Shown here piece after piece: positions 37,613-50,404 of a DNA stretch of 64,000 nt. Made by a program: the position numbers and the translations under genes. This stretch comes from Macrostomum hystrix. Lineage: Eukaryota; Animalia; Platyhelminthes. The stretch lies in contig CATNEN010000038.1 of assembly GCA_950097015.1 (NCBI GenBank), forward strand, positions 18,538,001 to 18,602,000, read 5' to 3'. The notes under the pieces were generated by a model. The model made no database searches, was not told the origin of the DNA, and saw nothing but the letters and a program-made list of their open reading frames with translations. Each line of letters begins with the position of its first letter. Position 1 is the stretch's first letter.

Positions 37613-38744
37613 ATGCATCGTACTGCAACAAAATACGACTGCGTTGGGCATGCCTGGGTCAATTGTAGCTAACCAGGGCGTATCGATTGGTGCCAACCAG
37701 GCGAGCGTTTTTGAGAACTGCAATTTGAGAATTGCACATTCAACATTACACCACACGCTAACTGACAGATGTAACTATTGAGGTAACTATTGATGAACTC
37801 TCCAGCCAAATATCATTTTGAGCTTCCAAGCGTTATTTACTGAATTATTTCGTTTACTTCGTGTTTACTGTTTGGTCTTGTGTTTGTTGGCAGTGAAATA
37901 TACAGTGGCTATAAGTGATGAATTGAATATAATTGAAATATGCTTCAACCATAGACAGTGACGGTGGACAAATGTATGGCATTTCAACCGCGTTGCAAGA
38001 CAGCCAGCTTACCCATAACACAACTCAGCGAAAGTTTTTTATCAAGCAGTGGCATCATGAGGTTGTCTTTCCAGTTTTGATACTCAGAGCTCCAAGTATA
38101 TATTACATAAAAAGGCCTACAAAATGGCGACAATCTAAACATGCTAATAAACGAATTTGCGCATTGTGTCAATTTGCTAATTTTCTGTTATAAAATATTC
38201 AAAAGACAGATCTGCGAGCTACATTTGCGCCACATTTTGTTTCGAAACGAGTACTAAATTACGAAGGATTTAAGCAAACGATAAAACTTGTTCTAAAAAT
38301 ACTCGTAGACTAGAGGAATAATTTACTGAGGAAAAACTCAGTCCATTAGGGTCGCCGAAATCGTTCGACAGAATTCGATCAGTCGATTGTACAATAGGCC
38401 TCGGTAGTCAATTTTGAATCCGCGCTAAAAGTATGCTGTGCATACACTAATAATATTCATTTTGTTTAAATTACGTATAAATATACTCAGTGTACACCCA
38501 GAATAGTAGGAAGAAGTTCTGTATAAATATACACCGATATCACTAGGGAAGACCCAATTTCGAAGCCTATTATAGAAATATATTTCTAACCGCCAATATA
38601 ATTTTCATTTGATTAGGTGCGTTAGTCGAAAACCACATTAGAGTTTTAAGATTAGATTTGCTAAGAAATCGTCAATTTTTTTAATAATACCAATTGACAA
38701 GTCAGAACGCATGCCTAAATGTATGAATAGACGCCGAATTTAAA

Positions 38745-38825
38745 AACCAATCAGAGATCAGAATGATATTTTAGCGACCAATCAAACGCTCTGTCCTACA
38801 TGCGTTTTCACTCGTTATATAGGCA
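38745..38825 (+). promoter_or_regulatory. Putative promoter of the neuropeptide gene (two CCAAT boxes and a TATA-like box)
   Basis: CCAATCA at ~38747 and ~38778, TTATATAGG at ~38816, about 150 nt upstream of the ATG. Confidence 0.4.
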
Positions 38826-38966
38826 GGAAAGGCTTGTGATTAAACGCTTGCAGTACTTGCCTTAGTTACTTTGTCATCGAAACTATTTTATCCAGTATCG
38901 ATATCTGAAAAGTGAAAACTTTAGTTTAAAGATATCTGATTAAAGGTAAGAGGCAAAGCTTATAGG

Positions 38967-39535
38967 ATGGCTTTCGTTGGAACCCGCGTCCGTTTGGCAT
39001 TTCTTTTTCTAGGAATCGCAACCGCAATGATGCCGCCTAACGACATCAATGGGGGACAAGGTAATATTTATGTAAACGTACAGATTAACTGAACCAGCAA
39101 CCAAATATCAATTCCCAATAATTTTGACCCGGAACGATTTTGTTTGCAAAAATTATTTTAGGTATGAGCGACGATGGAAACGAAGGCATCGAAAGAACTG
39201 ATAGACTACCGTTGCCTTTGGAATATTTAGAAGACTATAGCCTGCTGGACATGTACGAGAGTCCACTCCGATGGAGCAAACGCGGGGGTACTAACAACAA
39301 GAACGTGTTCCGGTGGGGCAAGCGTGGACGCGCCAACAACAAGAACGTGTTCCGGTGGGGCAAGCGTGGACGCGCCAACAACAAGAACGTGTTCCGGTGG
39401 GGCAAGCGTGGACGCGCCAACAACAAGAACGTGTTCCGGTGGGGCAAGCGTGGACGCGCCAACAACAAGAACGTGTTCCGGTGGGGCAAGCGTGGACGTG
39501 CCAACAACAAGAACGTGTTCCGGTGGGGCAAGTGA
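38967..39535 (+). CDS. Neuropeptide precursor encoding six NNKNVFRWamide peptides (LFRFa/LFRWa/sNPF-like); exons 38967-39060, 39162-39535
   Basis: Signal peptide MAFVGTRVRLAFLFLGIATA, phase-1 GT-AG intron, acidic spacer, then KR-flanked GGTNNKNVFRWG once and GRANNKNVFRWG five times, each with an amidation Gly. Confidence 0.92.
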
Positions 39536-40145
39536 CAAAGCATATATAGCTATGCTAAAGTTGACGAGAAATATACTTCAAAAGGATAATTTGTCTAGCT
39601 AGCGAAAGAATCAACAAGACAGTGACTTCATCTTAAGTTTAGCAGCTATATAGAGCGACCTTCTCCCTCTAAATATACGCGCATTGCATTGAGTTATCAG
39701 TCCTAACAGCAGTTCTCGACCGCGAAACAAAAATTCAACACTGCAGAAAGCTTCAGCAAACAGATAGATTGTTCAGCCCCATGATTTTGCCACTGTTATT
39801 TTACTTCATGGTCGAAAGCATCGCTGCAATTTTCTACGAGGCAAAAAGTTAAATAGTACGATATCCCTAGATCTCCTAGCTAAACAATCCTATAAAAACT
39901 ACCACAATCCATATATCAAATCGTAAAATTCTAAATATGAAGATCAGTGCTCAGAAGAATTCAGAATTTAAAAAAGGTATTGTTTACTACAGCATCGAAG
40001 AAAGTGGTCGCTCAGGAAAAGTTGGCTACGTTTGCACATCCTCTGCCACAAATTACAGGACATTTTTTAAATACACCTTCTGCTAAAAGCTATCGATAAA
40101 TATGCAGAAAATTATGTGTATGCATAATATAAGGACGAAAGTTGG

Positions 40146-40945
40146 GGGGTGAGTGGTAGAGCGGTTAACGCCTTTTCCTCTCGCAACAAGGTCCCTGAGC
40201 CGCGAGATTCCGCGGCGAAGCCACATTAACAGCAGAACTACTAAAGGGTGGAATTTCCCCCTGACAATGTCGCAAGCACACGAAACTCATGAACACGGGC
40301 CAACTTTTTGTCCATCGTTTTCTGAAACAAGAATCAAGTCGCCATCTCTTTAGACCGTCTAGATATTCAATGGTTCTGATCGAAGGTCGGATTATTCCCA
40401 TAAGAGCTAGTGTATTTCATACACCCAATTGTGCCTCTTGCAGTACGGCCTTGCCAGGCCTTCAAAATTTATCAGCGCGCCACCTGAATGTGCCTGCATC
40501 TCCGTCTTGAGTGGTCACTTACCTTTATCTAGACGGACTGCTGGAACTTCAACGGCTACAACAGCTAGAAATAGGCCACTATGGACACCCTGTCGCGAAT
40601 TTCTCCAATTTCAGTATTTTAGCCTAAATATTAGGCGCAGCTCAACCACAGGACACCATCGCCTAGTCTGTCAACCAATTAGTCACCACCCAACGCTGTT
40701 AGCATACAGGCGCTGCCAAAAAGGCCAATCTCTAAGGCACAGTGAGAGTGTACACTGACAGACGATGAGAAAGTCAGGGCAGATGTACACACCCTGTGTG
40801 TGCCTGCGTACGGTATCTGTGTGCGTGTGTGCTCAGGAGTCAGCGAAATTGGCAGAATTGCCTCCTCGCTGGCTGCGGGTCAACTGTCGCCAAATGATGT
40901 TCCAGTTCCCGCAGACTTCCTTCAACTATTATTATTATTATTATC
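40146..40945 (+). mobile_element. SINE-B interrupted by a truncated copy (~40230-40721) of the TIR element seen at 29605
   Basis: SINE head 40146-40229; SINE body resumes at GGCCAATCTCTAAGGCACAGTG; (ATT)n tail at ~40927-40943. Confidence 0.85.
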
Positions 40946-41479
40946 AATACGATGACGGCTAGTCACGAAATGAAAGCTTCACTAAGGAGGGACCCCGAGG
41001 TGAGTGGCTAAACGTCCCTATTATATTAGTTTGATTACCCAGCGAGGCCGCACTAATATGATGTGGCTTGTGGCTTGTGGTGCAGATTTTGCTTTTGATG
41101 TCGAACATCCATGAAACAATGAGTGTACACTGTACAGAAACTCACATAGGGACCCCAGAGTAACATCTGCAAATTTGCTCAGGTTTAACAGCTCGCCCAT
41201 AAAAAAAGAATAATTTGAAATCGGGAGCGCAAAAACGAGCAGTCATCATATTTAGGCACAAAGCATAAAAACCATTATAGACAAGCCTTTCGAAATTAGC
41301 ATACAAATTACATGTTTAGCTGACCATGCAGAGTCTCAGGTTTGTGAGCACATATGATAAAAGTGGTAAAGTGCTCATTCCTGGAAAGATTTTAAGCACT
41401 AGGCCTAGCTCGAATAGATAACACGGATTTAACAGATAAACTGTATGCCTACAATGTTTCTGTGAAGCACGTTACAAAA

Positions 41480-41945
41480 TGAGGATCTGGCAGGCTGTCC
41501 CTCCCACTAAGAGGATCTGGGGTCTGCCCGTTGCATTTTGAGAGGCTGTCGCTTCCATTCTGAGGATCTGGGAGGCTGTCCCTTCCATTCTGAGGATATG
41601 GGAGGCTGTCCCTCACATTCTGAGGATCTGGGAGGCTGTCCCTTCCATTCTGAGGATCTGGGAGGCTGTCCCTCACATTCTGAGGATCTGGGAGGCTGTC
41701 CCTTCCCATTCTGAGGATCTGGGAGGCTGTCCCTCACATTCTGAGGATCTGGGAGGCTGTCCCTCACATTCTGAGGATCTGGGAGGCTGTCCCTTCCATT
41801 CTGAGGATCTGGGAGGCTGTCCCTTCCATTCTGAGGATAAGGAAGGCTGTCCCTTCCATTCTGAGGATATGGAAGGCTGTCCCTCCCATTCTGAGGATCT
41901 GGGAGGCTGTCCCTTTCAATTCTGAGGATCTGGGAGGCTGTCCGT
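41480..41945. repeat. 30-bp minisatellite (CTGAGGATCTGGGAGGCTGTCCCTTCCATT)
   Basis: About 15 copies. Confidence 0.93.
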
Positions 41946-42687
41946 GACAATCGAAGAATCTGGGAAAATGGAAGATAGGAGGATTCTGATGAATGACAGC
42001 AAACATTCTCCAAAGTGGAGATATTAGCAAAAAAATAAACAAAATCAGTAATTGTCCCATTTTTTGCCTGCTATTTTAGAAAGGCAATTTAGCAAATAAT
42101 AAACTGAAAATACTGTAGCATAAATGTATTCATATCATAATGTGTTATTATAAATACTTAAAGAAAAAACCAAAGTACAATATTAAGAATTAAGTCACTG
42201 ACAGCAGAATCGAAGTATGAAATTAGGCTTTAATTCGCAAAGTAGCTCAAGCCATAAACGAAAGAAAGGCGACTACGCTAATCTGATAAGGAAGAGGCAC
42301 GTGACTTTATGACTAATGCGTGCACGTCATATAAAATTATAATTAAGTACTTAAGCCATAGCCACAGACTTGTCTAATGAAACATAATTAACCTATTTAT
42401 ACTAGAAGCAAAATTGTTTTCTTTTTCTTCAGTGAATACATTTTGTATAAATTTTGAAAGTTAAACGGGGCAAAAGTAAATTCAAGCATGACAGTTGTAA
42501 CTGGCTTTTAAACAATAGACGACAAAAGAGCTGCTTGAAGATGACATCCGCCAGTTGGTCACGATATTCTTTAGAACTTGTTGGCGAATTAAACAGAGAG
42601 AGTAAGGGAGTGAATTGTGAGATTATTGGCAACCATAACTCACAAACCTACTGATTACGTCTCTCCAATTCTCAAAGCTGCAGGAAC

Positions 42688-43310
42688 CCTAATCTCTATC
42701 CAATATCCCTAGTCAGTCACATCCCCACTCTCTGTTCAATATCCCTAGTCAGTCACATCCCCACTCTCTGTTCAATATCCCTAGTCAGTCACATCCCCAA
42801 TCTCTATCCAATATCCCTAGTCAGTCACATCCCCAATCTCTATCCAATATCCCTAGTCAGTCACATCCCCAATCTCCATCCAATATCCCTAGTCAGTCAC
42901 ATCCCCAATCTCTATCCAATATCCCTAGTCAGTCACATCCCCAATCTCTGTTCAATATCCCTAGTCAGTCACATCCCCAATCTCTATCCAATATCCCTAG
43001 TCAGTCACATCCCCAATCTCTATCCAATATCCCTAGTCAGTCACATACCCACTCTCTGTTCAATATCCCTAGTCAGTCACATCCCCAATCTCTATCCAAT
43101 ATCCCTAGTCAGTCACATACCCAATCTCTATCCATATCCAATATCCCTAGTCAGTCACATCCCCAATCTCTATCCAATATCCCTAGTCAGTCACATACCC
43201 AATCTCTATCCATATCCAATATCCCTAGTCAGTCACATCCCCACTCTCTGTTCAATATCCCTAGTCAGTCACATCCCCACTCTCTGTTCAATATCCCTAG
43301 TCAGTCACAT
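42688..43310. repeat. 37-bp minisatellite (CAATATCCCTAGTCAGTCACATCCCCAATCTCTATC)
   Basis: About 17 copies, starting ~28 nt after a GAG|GTAGGC donor-like site of the adjacent ORF. Confidence 0.95.
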
Positions 43311-43863
43311 CGCCACATGCAGCCCAACCAGCGCCTACCTCAATGGCGGACGTGGCAGGCGCCACGTAGACCTCAAAGGGATGATTTGCAGCGGGACTGG
43401 GCAAAAGACCGCCCAGCGGAGTGTGAAGCTGCAGTTCGACCCGGTGCCAGCCAGTGGGAGCGGTTGCGGGGGCCCGAAGCCGCAGCTGGCACACAGCGCT
43501 GACACCCGGTAGCAGAGGCGGCAGCAGTAGCCGCTCGGGCCCCACCGCCAGAGCCCGGCCACGCAGGCAGCGCAGATGACAACCGGGCGGGCTGCAACGA
43601 CTAGCTGTACTTCGATTGGTGACACGAAAGGTCACAATGACATCATCGCGTACTGAAGACGATCCGATGAATAGCTGCGGTGAACTAATTGTTAACTGTT
43701 CTATGGCCAAATCTATTGCCGCATCAGTTGATAGCGCTGGTGAATAGTCAAACTGAGCAATGCCAACAGCTGTTTGTTGATCAATAGTCGATTTCGATTG
43801 ATCATTGGTGCACAGTCGAATAAACTGACACACTAATTGGCCCTCTGAGTCATCAATCTCCAT
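43297..43863 (-). CDS. Divergent ILRUN/C6orf106-like protein (degenerate UBA-like N-terminus plus NBR1-FW-type Ig-like domain); probably spliced at ~43339
   Basis: MEIDDSEGQLVCQFIRLCTND resembles ILRUN MDVDLDPELMQKFSCLGTTD. TFRVTN...PPGCHL...PPLLPG....LRAP...G.....LHTPLG parallels TWRIQN..WPPG..L...SLEP....MCSP...G....MCTATG. Compared from memory. Confidence 0.6.
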   Translation of the reverse strand: MEIDDSEGQLVCQFIRLCTNDQSKSTIDQQTAVGIAQFDYSPALSTDAAIDLAIEQLTISSPQLFIGSSSVRDDVIVTFRVTNRSTASRCSPPGCHLRCLRGRALAVGPERLLLPPLLPGVSAVCQLRLRAPATAPTGWHRVELQLHTPLGGLLPSPAANHPFEVYVAPATSAIEVGAGWAACGDVTD

Positions 43864-46800
43864 AGCTTCAGTTTTAGTGCTTGTGTACAGTCGTCAATAT
43901 GTTTTTGTTGGTTGTTCAAGTATCACCCAGATGTGATACTTCTTCAAATCAATGTATGCATTGTCGTGACTAACAGTCAAACATAGTTACTTCTTGGAAT
44001 TCTGAAATTCAGTTTTTTATACTGTAACTACTTGCAGTAGAAAGTAGGACATTTAGCTTGACAATACATTTACAATATGAAGTACATAGAAATTTATACA
44101 GTAAATAATAAACTTAGTCTAGTCTTGATTAAAATTTATATAGAGCTGTTTTAGCACCTTTTTATTAAGACTTCAGATTGTACCATATGTATTATTTTAA
44201 AAAATGCCTTAAGACAATAAATTATAAGTATAAATGCATAATTTCCTAAGAAGCTACTTATAAATCAATAAACATAACGTAGGGTCGGTTAGTAATTTAA
44301 TTTCTTAGAAACTATATTTTAATAGAAAATGTTTTTATCTGCTGTTCTGTTAGTAGGGTCAAATTGTACAGGTTTAGTAGTTGCAGGTAGATTAGACAGT
44401 TGATAAGTAAATTGGAATAAAAATAGTGTTATTTTTTACATAAGTAATAATTGTTTTATTAAAACAATAATTAGTCAGCTGAAAAGAAAAATGTCTAGGA
44501 GGGATAGCTGAAGACAAATTCTATTATTAATAATTTTTATTTATAACATACTATAATGTGTTACAATAATAAAGTTACAAAATTTTGCTAATCAGGCCTG
44601 AAGATAAAACTAGATCCCATTGAAAAATTTAGATTAGGTAAATCCTTGGAGGTAGCAAGAATGAAGCAGATAAACCAACAAGGAAATTTAATATTTTTCA
44701 TGTTAGCATATTAATTGTTGTCAACTTTTATTCTGTTTTAGGAAATGCACTGCCATATGGTCATATAAGCAGTAGTTTTACCAGTGGGAACTAGCACACT
44801 GTGTGACCTGCTCATTACCTTGCTCACTCTCTAGCTAGGCCTACTGTCTGTAACTTTCTCATTCCCTAGCTCAATCACTTGCTAGCTACTGTAACTTGCT
44901 CATTCTCCTGCTTATTAAGGGAATCTAAGTGTCCAATCCATAGGACTAATTTGAGATAATCCAAGTACCCAATCTATTATTCACTTGCTTATTCTCTATC
45001 TATTGTAAAAGTTCTCACTGTATGAACAAGCATATATTTATGAAAATATATTGTTCATCATTGTGCATTAGAACTATAGATTCAATATATACTCCTTGAT
45101 ATTTTATTTATGCTCCTTGAAAGAATGAAACAATCCTACAGAATAAGTTTCTATGACAGAATGGGATGTGCCTAGAACAACTTTTAGTGGCTTATATCAT
45201 GGCTTGATCTCACAAACAGGCAAGAAGCAATGAGATTCAGTTCTTGAAAGATCAGCTTTTTGTGCGTTGTGAAGCAGCAGAACACCAAGTGGCTTAATAA
45301 TTTATTGCTTCAAATAATGCTGAGTAGGCTAATAACAAACAGTTGCCCACAGTCAGCAGTTGCCTTACTGAGGTAGACAAGGAAGCAAAATAGGTGACTG
45401 TCAATGACAAAAAAATTGCTGCCTTATCTTGAGATAATCTTTAAAGCTTTATAAATATTTATAATTTTAAAATGTGTAGGCCTACCTAGCAAACACAATT
45501 TTCTAGGAAATTAAAATTTATGTGGCTATTTACTATATTATATCGTAGAGCCAAGGATTATGGACATTTCAATCAATCTATCAGGAATCTGCTAATACAA
45601 GTTAAATGTAGGCCTATGGCAGACAAACATACACGAAATAGTAGTAGAGTCGTAGACTAGGGGCCTATAGTATATAGGGCCTAGACATATAGCTAATTAG
45701 CTATAGCTAGTGTGTTATAACGAACAAAGGATTATTTCTTACATGATAGGCCTAGCTATAATTACAATAAACCTTAACTATTTAGCCTAGCCTAGCTACA
45801 ACAGCTTGGCGTAATAGGCCTACGCCACTTAGGCCTTAGTTATAGCTATATTAAGTATAGGCTATAATATTGGATATACAAACTTTTAAGATTTAGTTAA
45901 GTAGGATTATACCAACATTACAGACGAATTAGGCTATGCTGTTACCTGTAGGCATACTGTCATTTGGTAGGCCTATATTTTAAACAGAACAAGCGCCGCA
46001 AAATTTGAATTAAACAAATGCAAACATTGGCAAAATTCAAATAGTATTTATGCCATAGACTAAGAAGCTTGGTGACCCGAGGGGTGGGTGGATTCTAAGA
46101 ATCGGCTTCAGATTTTCGTCCTTATTGGCACTCTATAGTAGGCGACCTCAATACTCTTTGGCTTGCAAGATTGTTTCTTAGTTCTTGGAAATATTTCTAG
46201 GAAATAGTGTGTTTGAAATGATGTAATTAAATTTATGTCCCATATGCACTACTGTAAGTAAGTGATTACGCTGGGTATACTGTATCAGGAATTGGTGACA
46301 GACACTGTAGAGCTTGTGCATAATATTATTTTTCCGTTTAAAAAAAACTCAAAAATTTTTTGTTGATAATATATTCATATTGTTAATTTATAGATTCCGT
46401 TAATGCCCCAGTACGGGTATAGCTTACATCTTTATCGCAATTTTACTTGGTCGTGAGTTCCCCATGGATTTTTTTAACAATTCGAACGTTTAGTTCAACT
46501 ATTTAAAATACGGATCAACTCTGTGAGTCATAAAACAAGTAAATAGCTAATGCATGCTTTCTTATAGGTCACAATCAATGACATTTTTTCTTTCACATTC
46601 GCTCAGCATTACACATCCAGCAGCATATGATTCATCGACGTAAACAGCAAAACTGCCTCCAACGGAGATGCTATTTTTAGCATGGATTTTATGGGTATAA
46701 ACACGCTTTCGTCTGATCTTATTTTACTGAGGAAAAAATTTGCTCTCTGACTGTGCAAGTCGAAAATCATAAATCAAGTTGGAGCCCTACAGCCTGCTCT

Positions 46801-46933
46801 ATAAGATCTATAAGTGTATATATAACCCTCTATATAAGACCAAATCTTATCCATCCGTCCAATACTGACCAATCGTTTCGCTTTATTAAATTAAAAGCAT
46901 TTTTTCTGGTATTCAGCACTACATATTTATAAC

Positions 46934-48042
46934 ATGGACTTTCGTCTCAATGGAAAACTTTTCGCATTGTTTTTTGCGAGTCAACTTCTGATGCTGCAGT
47001 CAGTCTGTGAGTTTATTTGTACTTCCTGTTAGTTGTTCCTAAAGCGCAACAACGTGTCGGATAAATTATAGACAATATTGTATCTTAAGCTTAACGTGAA
47101 AACTGAATTTTTCTAAGATTCAATTATTGTATTGCGTTGCCTTTCCATCTTAACTTTACAGTGTCACAGGAACTGTCAACGACGATGACGACGCCATTAA
47201 GCAATAGTACAACCAGCGGTATTGTTGCCAACTCGACAGTCACTACAGCAGTAGCGGGATCAACAAATAGCACTGCAGGATCGACCTTCGGATCAACAAG
47301 TGGCACTACTGCAGGATCTACTTTGTCGACTTTGGAATCAACAGGTGGCACTACTGCAGGATCTACTTTGTCGACCTTGGGATCAACAAGTGGTACTACT
47401 GCAGGATCTACTTTGTCGACTTTGGAATCAACAGGTGGCACTACTGCAGGATCTACTTTGTCGACTTTGGAATCAACAGGTGGCACTACTGCAGGATCTA
47501 CTTTGTCGACTTTGGAATCAACAGGTGGCACTACTGCAGGATCTACTTTGTCGACCTTGGGATCAACAAGTGGCACTACTGCAGGATCTACTTTGTCGAC
47601 TTTGGAATCAACAGGTGGCACTACTGCAGGATCTACTTTGGGATCAACAACAAGAGGCACTGCAAGATCGACCGTGGAGTTAAAAAGTGTCAGTGGATTA
47701 ACAAGTGGCACTAGTGAATTTACTTCCATGTCGTCTAGTGTCGATACTGCTACAAAGACTGCTGTCACAACGCCCTTTGGTATAACTAGTTCCTCAGGCT
47801 GCGATTGCATTAAATTTACTCCACCGGCGAAGCCGCCATGGCCACCAAGTATTGATGAGCGCAGTCTTTGGCCAGCTGTTATCGGCCTGACAGTGACATG
47901 CTGCGTACTAACTGTGCTACTCATAGTATCTGTCACGTTGCTGCTTATCACACGCTGTCGTGCCATGGACAAAGCATCCAGCAAGCGGCGGTATGGCTTC
48001 ACCTCGCCAGTGCTAATGATGGAGGCCACGCATCGCGTGTGA
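46934..48042 (+). CDS. Short type-I membrane mucin-like glycoprotein; exons 46934-47006, 47162-48042
   Basis: Signal-peptide exon MDFRLNGKLFALFFASQLLMLQSV joins in phase to S/T-rich 16-aa (48-bp) repeats GGTTAGSTLSTLEST, a TM helix (AVIGLTVTCCVLTVLLIVSVTLLLI) and a basic tail. Confidence 0.85.
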
Positions 48043-48534
48043 AGCAATTGGCGAAAGTGTAGGCATGCAAACTGTCACAGTTTTTCTTATTGCTTTTTTT
48101 AACAACGGGTCTCTTGTTTTACCATGATAAAGAATTATTCCGCGGCTTTAGTAGTATATTATTGTGTCGTCGTCTATAATTCAAAATAATTTCAGTGCTA
48201 TATAGTTCATTTTAGGACCAAGCGCATCCATTTTTTCTGTATTTTCTGCCGACCTACCATCGGTCACAAATCGGTCACCCTAGTCACAAATACTAAAATA
48301 ATTTTTTTCATTTACTCGTTACCCTTATCTCAATGATTCATGAATAAGCTGTCGTTTGATGCAAAGAAAAATTCTGCTGATATTCTGCTGAAGTAGCACG
48401 ATTGTCAAAGTTGAAACAAAATTTTGTTTTTCGCTTAATCAATTATACTATGTCCATAAATCGATTTGTCGAATTCAAACATACAATGTCCATTCATTTT
48501 TTTCAGTTGTATATTGCTAAGTATAATTGAGCTT

Positions 48535-48630
48535 TAACTGTCTAACGATGAGAAAGTCAGGGCAGATGTACCAACCTGTGCGAGCGTGTGCCTGCGTACA
48601 GTATCTGTGTGAGTATGTGCTCAGGAGTCG
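48535..48630 (+). mobile_element. SINE-B fragment
   Basis: CGATGAGAAAGTCAGGGCAGATGTAC...GCTCAGGAGTC. Confidence 0.75.
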
Positions 48631-48870
48631 ATTTTCTTGCGAAAGGTTTAACCGATTTTCACAATTTCTTCACCAAAAGATTCCAAATATGGGACGCATA
48701 TATACACGTATTTTTATTAAGCTTGACTTCATTGCTAAGAGGATTAAATATTCGAAAAACTATTTTAGATAGGATTTTAATGCATTTAATCTTTTAGTTT
48801 ACGCTACACAGGCACAATTGCTCACACAGGTGTACAAACAGACTACACTCAATAATAATAATAACAAGAG

Positions 48871-49056
48871 TACTAGACTAGATTAGACTGACTAGACTAG
48901 ATACTAGACTAGACTAGACTAGATACTAGACTAGACTAGACTAGACTAGATACTAGACTAGACTAGACTAGACTAGACTAGATACTAGACTAGACTAGAC
49001 TAGACTAGACTAGATACTAGACTAGACTGGACTAGACTAGATACTAGACTAGACTA
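48871..49056. repeat. (ACTAG)n microsatellite with ACTAGAT variants
   Basis: Directly visible pentanucleotide array. Confidence 0.95.
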
Positions 49057-49084
49057 TAACGACGTATTCCAGTGGTCCTTGAAT

Positions 49085-49428
49085 AATAATTGTAATTGCA
49101 ATAGGGCTGCGGGAAATAAGCACATCATTTGATGACACTAGACCTGCAACCAGCGAGGAGGCAATTCCGCCCATTTCGCTGACTCCTGAGCACACAGATA
49201 CTGTAGGATACTGTACAGATACATCTGCCCTGACTTTCTCATATCGTCAGGCAGTGAACACCACTGTGCCTTGGAGGTTGGCCCTCAAGGGCGTATACGA
49301 GTATTCCATGCCAAGCGCCCAAGCCTTCTCTCCGCGACTGCGCCCCAAATGTATGGGGCCTCGCCGCGGAATCGAGCTTATAGGGAAATTGGCGCGAAAA
49401 GCGTTAAAACCGCTCTGCCACCCACCCC
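49085..49428 (-). mobile_element. SINE-B
   Basis: Same head, hairpin core and ATT tail as 23590-23951. Confidence 0.82.
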
Positions 49429-50214
49429 CTGGACTACACTCAAGATGTGAACTGGTCTTCTGAACTTGGCTTTGTCACGATAAAAATACTGAAAGAGTTC
49501 TATTTTAGTAAACAAGCTTTCACAAAAGTACAAGTACAAGTTCATGCACAACAGTTGTATTTTAATCATTTCTTAATTCCTCTTCAGACGGTAACAAGAA
49601 AGAATTGTAAGATAAACAATACAATACTGTCATGGAGATGTCATATCAGAAACATTTATTTAAAAAGATAAAGTAAGAAACTATAAAAAAGTAATGTCAT
49701 GGATGTCAAGTAGTTTAGCAGCAGGCTAAGAACCTTAGAAACTGAAATATGAAGCAGAATATACAAAACAGTAATTTGGCAATTAATATTAGCTCTCAAA
49801 GGCAAAATAAATTATACAATTCGCAGAATTGCATTGTACCACAAGATAGGCAGAAAGTAAAATAATATACGAGCTATAATAGACAAGATCTGCAGGTCTA
49901 CAAAATAAAATCTGTTTAATTTAGGTTATCTGAGTTTCTGGTTATGATTTATCATCAAAGCTGTAATTGGTTGGCGAAATATAGACTTTTTCGAATTGTC
50001 GACACTAGACTACTAAAAGTAGTGTCTTCCTTCAGCCGACGTGCTCGGAGCAGTCTGGAATTGAGAGTCAGTTTTCTGTTCTAATAAATTTTCAAGACGC
50101 GTATTTCTACAATACAGAATAATAATTTATTACACCAGCCGCAATAATCAGGCCAGGCACATCTGAAGGCTGCGTACGGTTGTTCAGTCTATGGACTGGA
50201 TACGACGTCACGCC

Positions 50215-50350
50215 AACCCTCAATTACCCCAGATGATGTGGTTACCAATTTCATAGCTGGGTGAACTGAAGCAATCCAGAGTGGAGTTGAGTCGGGAATC
50301 GAACCCCCCACCTTTAAGTCTTGAGTCCGATGCTCTAGCCACTAGGTTAC
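50215..50350 (-). mobile_element. SINE family C, partial
   Basis: Shares CAATTACCCCAGAT...GAAGCAAT...GGAATCGAACCCCC...CCACTAGG with 24085-24280. Confidence 0.75.
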
Positions 50351-50404
50351 TAAACGCTTCTAATTATCCATCCTAGCAGGGTTATTTAGATATTCTGCAG
50401 GATA

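Noticed and set aside
42688-43310. 37-bp repeats of CRISPR-like length (also the 30-bp and 25-bp arrays)
   Set aside because: Head-to-tail with no unique spacers, no cas genes, eukaryotic context.
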